A stretch of 64,000 nucleotides of DNA from Heptranchias perlo (taxonomy: Eukaryota): NCBI RefSeq assembly GCF_035084215.1, contig NC_090332.1, positions 78,058,001-78,122,000 of the forward strand. Direction: 5' to 3'. A model generated the notes under the pieces. The model was not told the DNA's origin. It was given only the letters and a program-made list of their open reading frames with translations, and ran no database searches. Every line of letters starts with the position of its first letter. Positions within the stretch are counted from its first letter, which is position 1. Positions 12,023 through 25,500 of the stretch are shown here, in pieces. The position numbers and the translations under genes are program-made.

Positions 12023-13006
12023 CTTTAAGCTGTGGCTCTTGGGCAATATAGAAACCAAAAAACTATTATACTTTTTCTTTATTAATATGAGAATGTTGAG
12101 AAGAATTGCAAGGTAGTTTTGAATATTTTATTAAAAGGACAGAACATTTGCTGTTAGAATTTAAGTGTGGCTCAGTGTTACAGTACTTGTGCATAACCAT
12201 TAAATTATATTTTAACGAGAAATTTGAGGCCCACTTTGATGCATTCAGTTTATAGTCCCAAGAACCACAGCTTTATTAGGAAATGTTTGTGTTTATCATG
12301 TTATTTTCCCTAGCAGATAACAGCCCTTGAAATACATTGTGTATGTAGGCAAAGAGATCTTGTATATACTTCATAAAGATTTGTGTAAGATATAATTTGT
12401 CATTTTTGAGATATACAGAATATGTTTGGTATCTGAAGATGTAACAAAAGCCGTTCAGAATACGGTTGGCAGCTCCTCTTCGAATTTCTGTTCAATTGAA
12501 AGGTCGCAGACAGAAGTGTCTGGGCTGCCCGTTAAGGAGAGCCAATGTTTTGGGGACAGTGAGAGGAGTTTGATTTGTTACACTGCTGTTGCACGCAAGC
12601 GCTGTGAATAACGTCATTGTGTTGTGTTTATAAATGGGAAAAGTGCTACCTAATGAATTTAGACTGATAATGTTGGCACTTTACTTTAAACTCTGAAGGT
12701 CTATTGTACCTTTTTGGAGTTTTTCCTAGATGGAGCAGCAGACAGTGACACATTCAATTTGTATAATAGGAGACAATGAGTATCCTTTGTTTTGCTGTAT
12801 TTAGTCCAGCTACCAGCCGATTCACCTGGGGCGTTGGGGGAGGAGGGGAAGGAGGAGGGAAGATGAAAAAGATCTGTAGTTTTGACATTCCCACCCTTCT
12901 GATGGGGCATAGTGAAGTGGGGGTGGGAGATCTCTCTTGTATTGATCCAAATCAGTATTTCTTTAAAAGTTTCATATTCAGTTTCACCATATTACTGTGG
13001 TGCTGT

Positions 13007-13012
13007 AATAAA
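13007..13012 (+). terminator. NAA20: Candidate NAA20 polyadenylation signal
   Basis: First canonical AATAAA I found after the stop (about 1 kb 3'UTR); earlier ATTAAA variants also exist. Confidence 0.45.
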
Positions 13013-13616
13013 CTGTCAAGATCAGTTTCACATGATCATATTGATATAAGTAAACACTCTGCAGTGGTTGTCAATGTCAGTACATTATAATTTGCACTTG
13101 AATAATTTCACTTTTACACTGAGAGCATCCTGAATTACTGCATCAACAAAGTTGTTCTTTGTGAAATAGGCAGGAAATAGTTATGGCCCAAACTCCAATT
13201 TTATTTTTTGTTTTTTTTTAAAAAGCTACTGTTTAAACATGTGCAAGCTGGGGGTGGGGGGGAAGTTATGAAAATACTGCAGCTTGATAGACAATTTCCC
13301 AAATTTGCTATCCTTATGACTCTCTAAATGAGATGGACAATTTTGACTTATCCATTTGGTCCAGCACCTGAGGCAACAAAAATTCTTATTTTTTTCTCTC
13401 CTTTGTCAGTCTGTGTAAGATTTGAACCAGTTTCCGGAGGTAAAGGGCCTGCACGACTCATTGCACCATTTTTTTTTGTTGCCACCTTGGTATCAGTATG
13501 GAAATATTGAGGTAGCAGTTGTAGTCTTGCTATTTGGGCACACTCCTGATAATTATCACTTGTGCCCCTTGTAATAGTCATCTTCCATAGGCAAGTGCTA
13601 GCTTTCTATGAACAAA

Positions 13617-14341
13617 CAGACAAGTGCCAGGAAATGACCATCTCCAACAAGAGAGAGTCTAACCACCTCCCCTTGACATTCAACGGTATTACCATTGCCA
13701 AATCCCCCACCATCAACATCCTGGCGGTCAACATTGACCAGAAACTTAACTGGACCAGCCACATAAATACTGTGGCTACAAGAGCAGGTCAGAGGCTGGG
13801 TATTCTGTGGCGAGTGACTCACCTCCTGACTCCCCAAAGTCCTTCCATCATCTACAAGGCACAAGTCAGGAGTGTGATGGAATACTCTCCACTTGCGTGG
13901 ATGAGCACAGCTCCAACAACACTTAAGAAGCTCGACACCATCCAGGACAAAGCAGCCCGCTTGATTGGCACCCCATCCACCACCCTAAACATTCACTCCC
14001 TTACATCCTGTGGCTGCAGTGTGTACCATCCACAGGATGCACTGCAGCAACTCACCAAGGCTTCTTCGACAGCACCTCCCAAACCCGCGACCTCTACCAC
14101 CTAGAAGGGCAGCGGGCACGTGGGAACAACTCCACCTGCACACACAATCCCGACTTGGAAATATATCGCCGTTCATTTATCGTCGCTGCGTCAAAATCCT
14201 GGAACTCCCTACCTAACAGCACTGTGGGAGAACCTTCACCACACAGACTGCAGCAGTTCAAGAAGGCGGCTCACCACCACCTTCTCAAGGGCAATTAGGG
14301 CTGGGCAATAAATGCTGGCCTTGCCAGCGACGCCCACATCC
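13617..14341 (+). mobile_element. LINE 3' fragment (CR1/L2 group, Crack/Daphne-like)
   Basis: RT C-terminus DQKLNWTSHIN..IYKAQVRSVMEYSPLAW..LDTIQDKAARLI; near-identical copy at 47378-48005. Confidence 0.85.
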
Positions 14342-14444
14342 TCTGCCAATGAGCCTGTTCACTGCGTGATATATGCACTGGACCCACATAGGTTAAGAGT
14401 TAGGGGAGGGGTTTAACCCATCTGAAATTGTTGGAAAATAACCA

Positions 14445-14697
14445 CGGGGGAAAAATTTAACCTCGTTTCACCTGTTTTAAGGATATACAATGAGGGAAAA
14501 ACTTAATGGTGTTGCAGTCGGCCTGAATTACTGCAGATTAAACCCGCGAGCTGCTTCCCGACTGGTGCCTGAACCTCACTGGTTCTATGGAGTTGAGGCC
14601 TGGTGCCGAATTTGGAACAGGTCTCGTGCTAGCACGGAGTATGCGGAGCGATCGGCTGACTTGCTGCCCATTTTGGGAGCAAATCCAATTTCTAACC
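14445..14697. mobile_element. Probable Harbinger-type MITE
   Basis: CpG-rich block with imperfect GGGGGAAAAATTT / CCAATTTCTAACC termini. Confidence 0.4.
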
Positions 14698-15578
14698 TCA
14701 CATGTATTAGGCTGAAAACTGCTAATTTATTTTTATTGGGAGCAAAAGCAAAATGGATCAATCAGCAGAATGAATAAAGGAATAGAATACTACTTTGACT
14801 AAGTCTTCTGCCACCACTTCTCCACCTGTCTTCCCTTTCCAGCTTGGCATCCGTTTTCCTTACACCTATTTGTGAAATAGTTTGGGATGTTACTTATGTC
14901 AAAGGCACTATATAAATGCAAGTTTTCCTGCTTGATTGCACACTAATATGTAAAATGGTTCCAAAATAATAGTCAAGAAGCTGTGGCAATTTTTGTAATC
15001 TTGGACCACACATCTGTAAAAGAAATGTTTTACACGAGTAATACAATTCAAGAGTCCTCTGCCTCTGGCCCATATAACAGTACAGCAAGAAGGGAACTGG
15101 CAAGTAATGACTCTAGTCCAAGTTGTATATGTCGCTCGCTCGCTCTCTCTTGTTCCACCCTCCCCCTTTTTGATGCAGGTGTGTGCAAAAAGAAGATTTT
15201 TAAAAATATAAGTACACTCACAATTAAAGCTGTAAATTAGAATAGTTCAAAAGGAATCACTTCCTTTTGGGACCTGTAGACACTACATTTCCTATGGAGA
15301 GAAACACATCCAGCCCTTCCAGAAACCAGGCCATTTTAAAATTGTCATAATTTTTGCAAGCTAAAAATTTCAATAATATGTAGAGATTCATATGATCTGA
15401 AACAAGTTAGACCCCCCCAACCCCGGACTGACACATAATCTTTAATATATATATTCACAGAGACACAGGTATTCTATTTAAATAAGTCTTGCATACAAAG
15501 AGAAACTGTCCAGATATCCTTAGGAAGGATTTCTGGTTTAATCAAAACTGCACATGTATTGATAAGTTTATTCTGGTA

Positions 15579-16155
15579 TAAAAACAGAAAATGCTGTAAA
15601 TACTCAGCAGGTCAAGCAGCGTCTGGAGAGATCGATGACCTTTCATGAGAATTGGAAGAAGTAAAGATTTAACAGTTTTTAAGCAAGTACAGAGCCAGGG
15701 AGAGGGGAGGAAAGAACAAAAAGGAAGGTCTGTGATAGGGTGGAGGGCAGGAGTGATTAAATGAAAAAAGGGATGATGGTGCAAGGCAAAGGGGGTGGTA
15801 ATGGAACAAGTAAAGAATCAAAGGATTATTTAAATCAATGAGTCCTGAAGGCACTTCCAGACTCAACGTTGATTTCAATAACTTCAGATCATAACCACTG
15901 CTCCCATTTTTTCTGACAGCAGGTGTTGGTAATGGTTCTGCAGTTGCCATTTACAGCTCCTTTGGATCCATTTTTTGTTTCTGAACTTGTCCTGTTAAAC
16001 CTTTACTTCTTCCAGTTCTGACAAAAGGTCATCGACCTGAAAGGTTAATTCTGTTTCTGTCTCCCACCTACAGATGCTGCCTGACCTGTTGAGTATTTCC
16101 AGCATTTTCTGTTTTTATTTCAGATTTCCAACAACTGCAGTATTTTGCTTTTGAC
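15579..16155. mobile_element. Penelope-like non-autonomous element with inverted ends and degenerate hammerhead motif
   Basis: Inverted terminal segments (AAAACAGAAAATGCTG.. / ..CAGCATTTTCTGTTTTT), 12-bp TSD TTTATTCTGGTA at 15567-15578 and 16156-16167, hammerhead-like core at 16014-16050. Confidence 0.7.
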
Positions 16156-17310
16156 TTTATTCTGGTAAATGTTTTCAGAACAGCAAGCTTTCATCTCTTA
16201 ATGTTTTGTCTACAAAATGTTACTTCTTATTACATTTTTGTCACATGATGGTGTCAACTTTTTAATTATAAATTCCTATATCCATATTTATAATGGAAAC
16301 TGCCTATATAAACTTGTCATGCTGTAATTATACCCTCCAGCCAGTGGTGACAGTATAGCACCTCAATTTTGCATCTTCCATATCCCTGGCCTGTACTGCA
16401 GAGAAAGTCCTACGCTCCAACCAACTCTACTTCTCCAATTCCCAAATTGTCCTAAGTTTTGCTATTTAACTAATAACATAAAATCAAGGTATATACAAAT
16501 AAAGACAAAATGTATAGCTTTATAATAGGGTCTAGATTATGTCCCTTTGCCCTGGATTAATAATTGCCTGCTTCACCTGAAGACTACACCTAGTCTTGAA
16601 TCCGCATATGTGAAATGGGAAGTCAACTTTATTTTGAAAGGTTTGCACATAATGTTAATTTCATGCAAATACAAGAATTTTCTTGTCATGATTTTATGTC
16701 AGGTTACAATTTTGCCATTATAATATAAGCTGTGACTCAGTCCTCCTTGAAAAGTTGCCAAACGAGGTGTTACTGATTACACTTGACCTGATTTGGCTGA
16801 TTGGATATATGATCAGTTTCACCGTTGGTTCTCCCAGCCACAATTCTCAGGTATGTTGCCTATTGGTATTCCCACCCACTGCTGCCACCACACTCCTGCT
16901 GCCTCTTGTTGTCACTTCTCCTTCTTGCTGCCATTGCTGAACCACTGCCCCATTTGTTGCTGCCAGTGCTCCCTATCCACCTTAAAATAAGCTTTGTAAT
17001 ACAGTAAAAGCATTTCATAACACAATTAAACTTACCTGTAACTTTGTCTTTTGTGTCTGAGTATGTTCATTAAGGTTTTTATTTGAAGGCATCAGTCTCT
17101 TTCAAAATCCTGCACTTGGTAGTTGATATTTTCCCCAGAGTTAACACTATTTTCTGGATGCCCCAGTCTCAACGTCTGCAGTATTTCTCAGCATGCATAG
17201 TATAATTCTTTCAGTGCAACTCCAAGGGAATGTGAAATTGTGCTGTGACAGGATTTGAGTTCCCAAGTGATTTGAAAACCAGCTGGAGAATGAATTGTAA
17301 GAGGATTATT

Positions 17311-18016
17311 CAACAACAACTTGCATTTATATAGCACCTTTAACGTAGTAAAATGTCCCAAAGCGCTTCACAGTACCATTACCAAACAGAATTTGACGTT
17401 GAGCCACATAAGGAGGTATTAGGACAGGTGACCGAAAGCATAGTCAAAGAGGTAGGTTTTAAGGAGTGTCTTAAAAGGGGAGAGAGAGGTTTAGGGAGGG
17501 AATTCCAGAGCTTAGGGCCTAGGCGCTGAAGGCACGGCCACCAATGGTGGAGTGATTAAAATTGGGAAAGTGCAAGAGGGAGGAATTGGAGGAGCACAGA
17601 GATCTCGGAGGGTTGGAGGAGGTTACAGAGATAGGGAGGGGCGAGGCCATGGAGGGATTTGAAAACAAGGATGAGAATTTTAAAATCGAGGTGTTCCCAG
17701 ACCGGCAGCTGATGTAGGTCAGTGAGCACATGGGCGATGGGAGAACGGGACTTGGTGCGAGTTAGGATATGGGCAGCAGAATTTTGGCTGAGCTCAAGTT
17801 TATGGAGGGTGGAAGATGGGAGGCCAGCCAGGAGATCATTGGAATAGTCCAGTCTAGAGGTAACAAAGGAAGGCATGGATGAGGGTTTCAGCAGCAGATG
17901 AGCTGAGGCGGGGGGCGGAGACTGGCAATGTTACAAAGGTGGAAGTAGGTGGTCTCAGTGATGGAGCGGATATGTGGTCGGAAACTCATCTCAGGGTCAA
18001 ATAGGACGCCAAGGTT
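17311..18016 (-). mobile_element. L2-type LINE 3' end
   Basis: [35 protein letters not shown]; tail CAACAACAACTTGCATTTATATAGC on +. Confidence 0.9.
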
Positions 18017-18049
18017 CAGGTAAAATTTCACATTTAAATTCCGATAAAT

Positions 18050-18194
18050 TGTGGCGATGAATTTCCACGGGAGTGCCTCTGCGCGTCTGCTGTAACTTCA
18101 GCAGGAGCTGTGGAAAACCTGACTGTTATCACTGCGGATCTTCCACCAAAGTAATGGCAGACGAGCAGGAAAACCCCTGCAGAAATTCGCCACA
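18050..18194. mobile_element. Short MITE
   Basis: Imperfect TIRs TGTGGCGATGAATTTCC / AGAAATTCGCCACA. Confidence 0.55.
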
Positions 18195-19189
18195 CAGGTG
18201 TTTAGTTTTTTATTTCAAAACAAGTCTAGCTGAGAGAAAAACACACACATTGATAACTTGAACATCTGTTTTATTTACTCTTAGATTGTTTACAGAAATT
18301 TAATTTTTCCCTGAAAACTGGAATTGTGTATTCACTGTCTAACAGTTTATTTTTCTGAATGATTTGAAAACCAATGAAGATGAATTTAAGAAGCTTTTGA
18401 GTTAAAGCTTCACATGAAAATGATTATCCTCTTTAATTCAGAAAGGGAATGTAGCTGCAGCACTTGAGAGCAACAGAGCAATGAAAGAAATTTGGCCACA
18501 TCTGTGCTTTTTTGTTCATGTTCAGAATTCCAAAAGATTGTTCACATAAAATTTACTTATACATCTACAATGGTTAGGGAAACGCTAATTACTTTCCAAG
18601 AGTTTGATTCACTTTCCGGACATAGAAATCTTAAGACCCTTTTCAAATTATTTCACTGGCAGTGTGCACTCCTCCACTACTGCCACACCCCAGCACCCAC
18701 ATCGACACAACTTAAAATATAAAAATCAGAAGGTTTTATTAGATTGTTTTTTGTGTCAAAAATTATGTAGATACTAGGGGTTGTTTATAGATACAAGCCA
18801 TGTGTCTATTTAATATTAGCCTTTTGTTTTTTGAAAATTAATTAATTTTTTTATTTGAAAAACACATTTCACTGTAGCTGGGAAGATCTTTCAAAATGCT
18901 GTCAGATCCACAATCCACTCCCTGTCTCCATTGTGGTGAATCCCTCCACAGTGCTGCCTAGCTACAGGATCACCTCCTCCTCCTCCCTCTCAATTCCCAA
19001 TACTCTCCCCAGAACTTGCATGTCAATGCTGAAAAATTATCAAATTCTAGGACCACCCTCCCCCCAACCACTGTTGCAAAGTTCCAAGACTCTCATTGCA
19101 ATGCTGTCAATCTAAGAACTGTCTCCTGTGCTGTAAATCCCAGGACCAGCGTAATGTTGTAAAAACTCAGGAACTCCATAGCAAGGGTA

Positions 19190-21520
19190 CGGAGTTTGTG
19201 GTAGAGGCTGAAGGCAATGGCTTTGGACTTCCCAATGTTCATCCAGAACAGGATGCCGTACAAGCAGGCTGACCACACACAGGCAGTGGAGAGGTAGAGA
19301 GAGGTGGTGGAGAGGGAGATCAGCATACATGTGGAACCTGACGTCATGTCTTCCGACGATGTTGCCGAGGAATAGGAGGAGGCCAGGGATAGATCCTTGG
19401 GGGACTCCACAGATAATGGTGCAGGGTCGGGAAGAGAAACAATTGCTGGAGATGCTGTGGCTATGATTGGATAGGTAAGCGTGGAACAAAATAAGGGCAG
19501 TCCCATTCAGTTGGACAATGGTGGAGAGGTGTTGGAGGAGGATGGCGTGGTCGACCGAGTCAAAGGCTGCAGAGAGGTAGAAACGGACGATGAGGGATGA
19601 TGCACCATTGTCACAATCACAGAGGATGTCATTTGTGACTTTGATTATGGCTGTTTCTGTGCTGTGGCAGGGGCATAAACTTGAATAGAGAGATTCAAAC
19701 ATGGAATGGTGGGAAAGATGGGCACAGATTTGGGAGGCGATAATACGATCAAAGACTTTGGAGAGGAAAGGGAGTTTTGAAGGAAGGAGGTGATAGTGGT
19801 AGTTTTAAAAGGGAGGGGAACCTGAGGCAAAGGAACCACTTACAATGCCAGCTTGCATGGGGGCTCGGAAAAGAAGTTGGGTGGTCAGCAATTTAGTCAG
19901 AATGGGGTCAAGCGAGTGTGAGGTGGGTCTGGACAGGATGAGTTTGCAGAGGGCATAGGGGAGATAGGAGTGAAGCTAGAGATTGACATGGGTTCTGGGC
20001 TGGAACTGGGGGATCCTTGGGGGAAGTTTAGTTTGGTGGACAAGGAATGCAGCACGAGGCAGCTGAACAGATAGTCTGAATCTTAGTTACAAAGTAGTCT
20101 ATGAGCTAGTCGCACTTGTTGGAGGGTGAGGCTGGAGAGAGGGGTTTAAAGAGACAGACTGTAGTGGAGAAAAGAAACCAGGGTTATCTTTGCATTCCAG
20201 AATGATTTTGATTAGTGAGCAATTTTGGTAGAGGAGAACAAGGCCTGATAATGCTTAATGTGGTCTCGCCAGATCTGGCAATGAATGGCTAAACCAGATG
20301 TCTGCCAGATACTTTCAAATATGTGTCCCTTGGGCTTGAGAGAGCAAAGATGGGGACAACGACCAGGGTGGGAGAGAGTAAGGGTTTTATTGGGGACAAG
20401 GACAGAAGGATGGGAGTGATTGAGCAGATTGACAGCTGTAGAAGTATTGTGGTACATGAAGGGCCAAAGGCTGGAGAGTTGGGAGTTTGAAAATGCAATT
20501 GTAAGTGACTGGGAAAGATTTTTTTTCCAAAGGCACAGATGGAAGTGAGGTTGGAAGGGTAGGGTGGTGGGAATGGCGAGGGATGCAGGGAAGCAATCAG
20601 ATGGGTGTGCCTGTGATTTTTTTTTTCGTTCATGGGATGTGGGCGTCACTGGCAAGGCTGGCATTTATTGCCCATCCCTAATTGCCCTTGAGAAGGTGGT
20701 GGTGAGCCGCCTTCTTGAACCGCTGCAGTCCGTGTGATGACAGTTTTCCCACGATGATAGGAGAAGCCACGTGCAAAGACAAGGTCGTGGGATTTTTTGT
20801 GAAAATGGATGGGAGAGTTTACATGGAGGGAAAGGTTAAGGGAGGAATGTTAAATCAGAGGATTGATATGGAAATTGAAATCACTGAGGATGAGGAGTTG
20901 CTCAGTGCAGAGGCTGAGGGAGTGAGGATATCTCAGTGAGAAACTTGGTTGTGGCGACAAGAGAATGAAGATTTTTAGAGGCAAAAGGGGTGGAACAAGA
21001 TGACATACTTGAAGGAGAAGTGCCAGAGGAGTAAGGACAGGGCAGGGGGTGGAAAGTACAGCCACGCAGGGAGGCTTCAGTAAGGCGGAAGGTGTCCCCA
21101 ACCACAATCCAAGTTTCCATCAAAGCCATGATGTCAATGCAACATCGTAAATGGACATTCTGGAGGGAAATGTAAAAGGGCAATGATTGTTCATCCACTG
21201 GCAGAGGCCAGGGGGGGTAGCAGTGGGTGGGGTGATCAAGACAGGAAGGAGGGTGGCAAGAATAGTTCCCAGAAGACACGCTGGGTAGGAGAGAGAAGAA
21301 TGGGACAATTTGGGTTGCTGCTTGTAAGGCAGTAGCGACAGGTTCCTCTGGGCCTTTCGGAGAATGTCGAGAAACCCAGAGGGTAGCTGTGGGCTTATCC
21401 AAAGGGGATTCGAATCTGAAACAGCGGTGAGGAGGAAGGCAGAGGAATAGTGTTGAGGTAGGGATTTGGGCTGGGGAGTGGGGAAAGGAAGTGTCCGAGA
21501 GCAGAGATATGACAGTTGAC
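19190..21520 (-). mobile_element. Decayed L2-type LINE spanning endonuclease to RT
   Basis: EN remnants (ISLQNV..IDIMALMETW; LILSDFNFHIN) and RT remnants (HSTETAIIKVTNDIL..LSAAFDSVDH..GVPQGSI..FHMYAD); a short LINE tail is inserted at about 20618-20738. Confidence 0.85.
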
Positions 21521-22360
21521 ATGACTGCGAGACAGGAGAGAAGGAGTCAAGGGGGGGATCAAAAGAAGTGGAAAAAATGGGAGCTAGAAGTAATGGTCTC
21601 AGGTCCAGAGCAGGAGCCAAAATGTGCACGCAAATAGACACAGAGGAAATTCAGGTTACATAGGCATGGCAAAGATTAGGACAGCTATGTCCTGATTGTA
21701 AACAGAGGATAGGGTGAAGACAATACGAGAGTCCAAATTTAAAGTCAGAGGTCAGGGTGGAGTCAGCTTGGAGTACAGATGAACCAATGTCCAGGTTTGG
21801 AGACAGATCTGGACAGCGAATGAGTCTCGGAGCTGTTTGGGGGCATCACCCAAAACCCACCCACAAAAACTATTCAGCAAAGGTTCCCACATCGTGATTA
21901 TAAATAATTTTATCCTGTCCGTAGCCAAAGGTGCTGAGGCCCCAGGAAAATCAGCTTATCATGGTCTGTATGGCTCACTATATTGTATTAATGTTTACAA
22001 CTTATATGCAAAATAACACCTTTAACAGCATTGATGGACTATTAGGGAGTCATCTTGAGAGATCCACTGTATTCAGTTCGCTGGTAACTAAAACCTCCAT
22101 CAACTTTTTTAAAGTATCTAAGCTTGATAAGTTATTCTGACCTCCCCAAATGAGGATAGTGTGGTGGGAGATCATAACAATAGCAAAAGGAAAGCAGAAA
22201 AATAAACACTGGGTACAAAAAATTATTTAATAAGCACTTTACAGACAGCTCCGGCTGTTCAAATATTGTACAAAAAAAAAGAAAATATTTTGGAATAAGT
22301 GGAAAAACTGAAGACAAAACAGCAACAGTCGGGAAGGCCTCTGTAAAGGTTGTCCATTCA

Positions 22361-22534
22361 TCAGGATTCAATTTCAGTCTCATCTGTATCTTTGTCTGGG
22401 TCATGTTCTGGTTCTTTCTCTTCCTGCAGTTGCTTCTTCCAGAGCTTGGCCATAGCAAGCAGCTTGAGGTTTGGCTGATTGGCAGCATCTTCTGGGAAGA
22501 TGTAATCATAATACTCTTCCCAACCAGCATCTGT
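22361..22534 (-). CDS. CRNKL1: CRNKL1 exon 14 (coding part)
   Basis: [57 protein letters not shown] then TGA. Confidence 0.95.
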   Translation of the reverse strand, partial: TDAGWEEYYDYIFPEDAANQPNLKLLAMAKLWKKQLQEEKEPEHDPDKDTDETEIES

Positions 22535-25500
22535 CTGTAAGTTAAGAAAATTATTGGAAAATATTATTCAGTGAAATGTCATCAAATTTACTATCATAAT
22601 TCTGTTGGTGGGATTCCAAAATAATCAAACTACTTTATTTCTATATTTTTTTTAAAAATGAGTTAAATCTTTCTAGCATTAAGCAGCCCTACTACCTGAA
22701 TTTAGCACCCAAGGCTTTCACATCTATGCACAATTAAACAATTTACAGGTCCATGGACTGGAGATATTTTTGGTTAGGTGCTAGTTCTCAGCCTTGTGAA
22801 ATTTTTCACTGCAGTTCCCTCAGCATCAAGACAATGCAGGCCATGGATACTTACAATCCATCAAGAAGGCTCGAGTGACCATGTCAACATTGTATAAATG
22901 CTATTTTGCATCAAACTTATTACAAATATAAGGAAAAAACTGGAAATCACTTTATGGATTCTGACTGATCGGTGTATTTTCAGCATTTTCTGCTTTTGTT
23001 TCATCACAAATATAACTGACTTGGACCATATCTCAACATTCAAACACTGCTTACTATACACATGAATCCATTTTTAAAAATAAATTCTAGGTTTGTGTGA
23101 CACATACCTCAGTGTATCAAAGGATAGGTTAAAGCAAGACTGTCCAATCTACAGCCCTAGGGCCTGGCGCTGTTCTCCCCCCCCACCCCTGGGAATGTAC
23201 CCGAGGGCCAAGTAACTCAGGCCTATTTGTGCTATATTTCTTACTCGCTGGTTTCCCCTGTTGGTATTTTGTGGGCAGGAGGTCTGGAAAGGCCAGCTTT
23301 TAGCACTGTGCCTTGGTAGATAAATCCTAAATTAGAACACCAACATCTGTTAGTGTCAGCAACTCGGGACAGATACAAATTATTGAGAACATAGGTGGAT
23401 CCCAAGGTTCCACACCTACTTGGCCCACAAAAGCAAAAGATTGGACATCTTGTTAAGGTATCTGATATAAAATGAAGTTGCTCATCTAATTCTACCCAAA
23501 AATGGTAGTACAGACCTATTTAAACAATAGTGTTCCTGATTCAAGATAATAACTTGTGTTTAACTAACTTGATAAGAGTTTTTTGATGAAGTAACAGGGA
23601 GGGTAGATGAGGGTAATGCGGACGACGTGGGGTATATGGACTTTCAAAAGGCGTTTGATAAAGTGCCGCATAATAGGCTTGTCATCAAGATTGAAGCCCA
23701 TGGGATAAAGGGGGCAGTAGCAGCATGGATACAAAATTGGCGAAGTAACAGGAAGCAGAGAGTGGTGGTGAACGGTTGTTTTTGTAGCTGGAGGGAGGTG
23801 TACAGTGGTGTTCCCCAGGAGTCAGTACTAGGACCACTGCTTTTCTTGATATATATTAATAACTTGGACTTGGGTGTACAGGGCACAATTTCCAAATTAG
23901 CAGAGGACACAAAACTTGGAAGTGTAGTGAACAGTGAGGAGGATAGTGATAGACTTCAAGAGGATTATAGACAGGCTGGTGGAATGGGCGGACACGTGGG
24001 AGATTAAATTTAACGCAGAAAAATGCGAACTGATACATTTCGATAGGAAGAACGAGGAGAGGCAATATAAACTGGAGGGCACAATTCTAAAAGGGGCACA
24101 GGAACAGAGAGATCTGGGGGTATATGTGCACAAATCGTTGAAAGTGGCAGGGCAGGTTGAGAAAGCAGTTAAAAAAGCATACGGGATCCTGGGCTTTATA
24201 AATAGAGACATAGCATACAAAAGCAAGGAAGTCATGATGAACCTTTATAAAACACTGGTTCGACCACAACTGGAGTATTGTGTCCAGTTCTGGGCACCGC
24301 ACTTTAGGAAAGATGTGACGGCCTTAGAGAGGGTGCAGAAGAGATTTACTAGAATGATTCCAGGGAATAGAGACTTTAGTTACGTGGATAGACTGGAGAA
24401 GCTGGAATTGTTCTCCTTGGAACAGAGGTTGAGAGGAGATTTGATAGAGGTACTCAAAATCATGAAGGGTCTGGACAGAGTAGATAGAGAGAAACTGTTC
24501 CCATTAGCGGAAGGGTCAAGAACCAGAGGTCATAGTTTTAAGGTGATTGGCAAAAGAACTAAGGTGGCATGAGGAAAAACTTTTTTACCCAGCGAGTGGT
24601 TAGGATCTGGAATGCACTGCCTGGGGGGGTGATGAAGGCAGATTCAATCGTGGCTTTCAAAAGGGAACTGGATAAGTACTTGAAAGGAAAAAAATTGCAG
24701 GGCTACAGGGATAGGGCAGGGGAGTGGGTCTAGCTGGATTGCTCTTGCATAGAGCTGGCATGGACTCGATGGACCGAATGGCCTCCTTCCATGCTGTAGC
24801 CTTTCTATGATTCTATAAAGGACCATCATAATGGTAAAACAACAGGGCCATAGGTGGTGCAGTATGCTGGAGTACCAAAACACCAACATGCAGCAGTAGA
24901 ATACAGACTTATTCTGGATCATGAACGTGCTCTCAGGGGGAGGTGCAGGGGAGATGCTAGGAAAAACTGAAGGGTTTGGATAGTCAGCCATGTAAAGAGG
25001 ATGGGAAGTCATCCAAGTCGCTCGTGTACCCTCCAGCACTCAGCTCAATAAATCAAGAGCAGGGTGTGGGACGAGTTGACTGTCCACTTTCTCGGCCCTG
25101 AAACAGCATATGACAGAGAAGACCAAAAAAGGACTGCAAACAGGAGGGGGAAAGAAGTTGCACGTGCTGATTCTTACTAATTGTTTGCATACTGTATCAC
25201 ATAACAAAAATACTTACACCATATATATGACAACATAAAGGGTTCCTTTAGGTTTCCACTACTGCAAAATTATGCATTCAAATATTACACTCAGATGCAA
25301 GCTACATTTGTTTAATTTCAGTTGCAAAATAAGGTGGGTAAATAGCCAGTAAAACTTCAGGAGCATTTATTTTTATTAGAGGAAAAAAAACGTCTCCTGC
25401 TAATGTGCACTTTATAATAACCAATTTTCATCAGTCTGATAGTTCTCTACAATACTTCAGCAGATCAGGTAATTGATATGACTGGTCATTAGTTAGTTTA

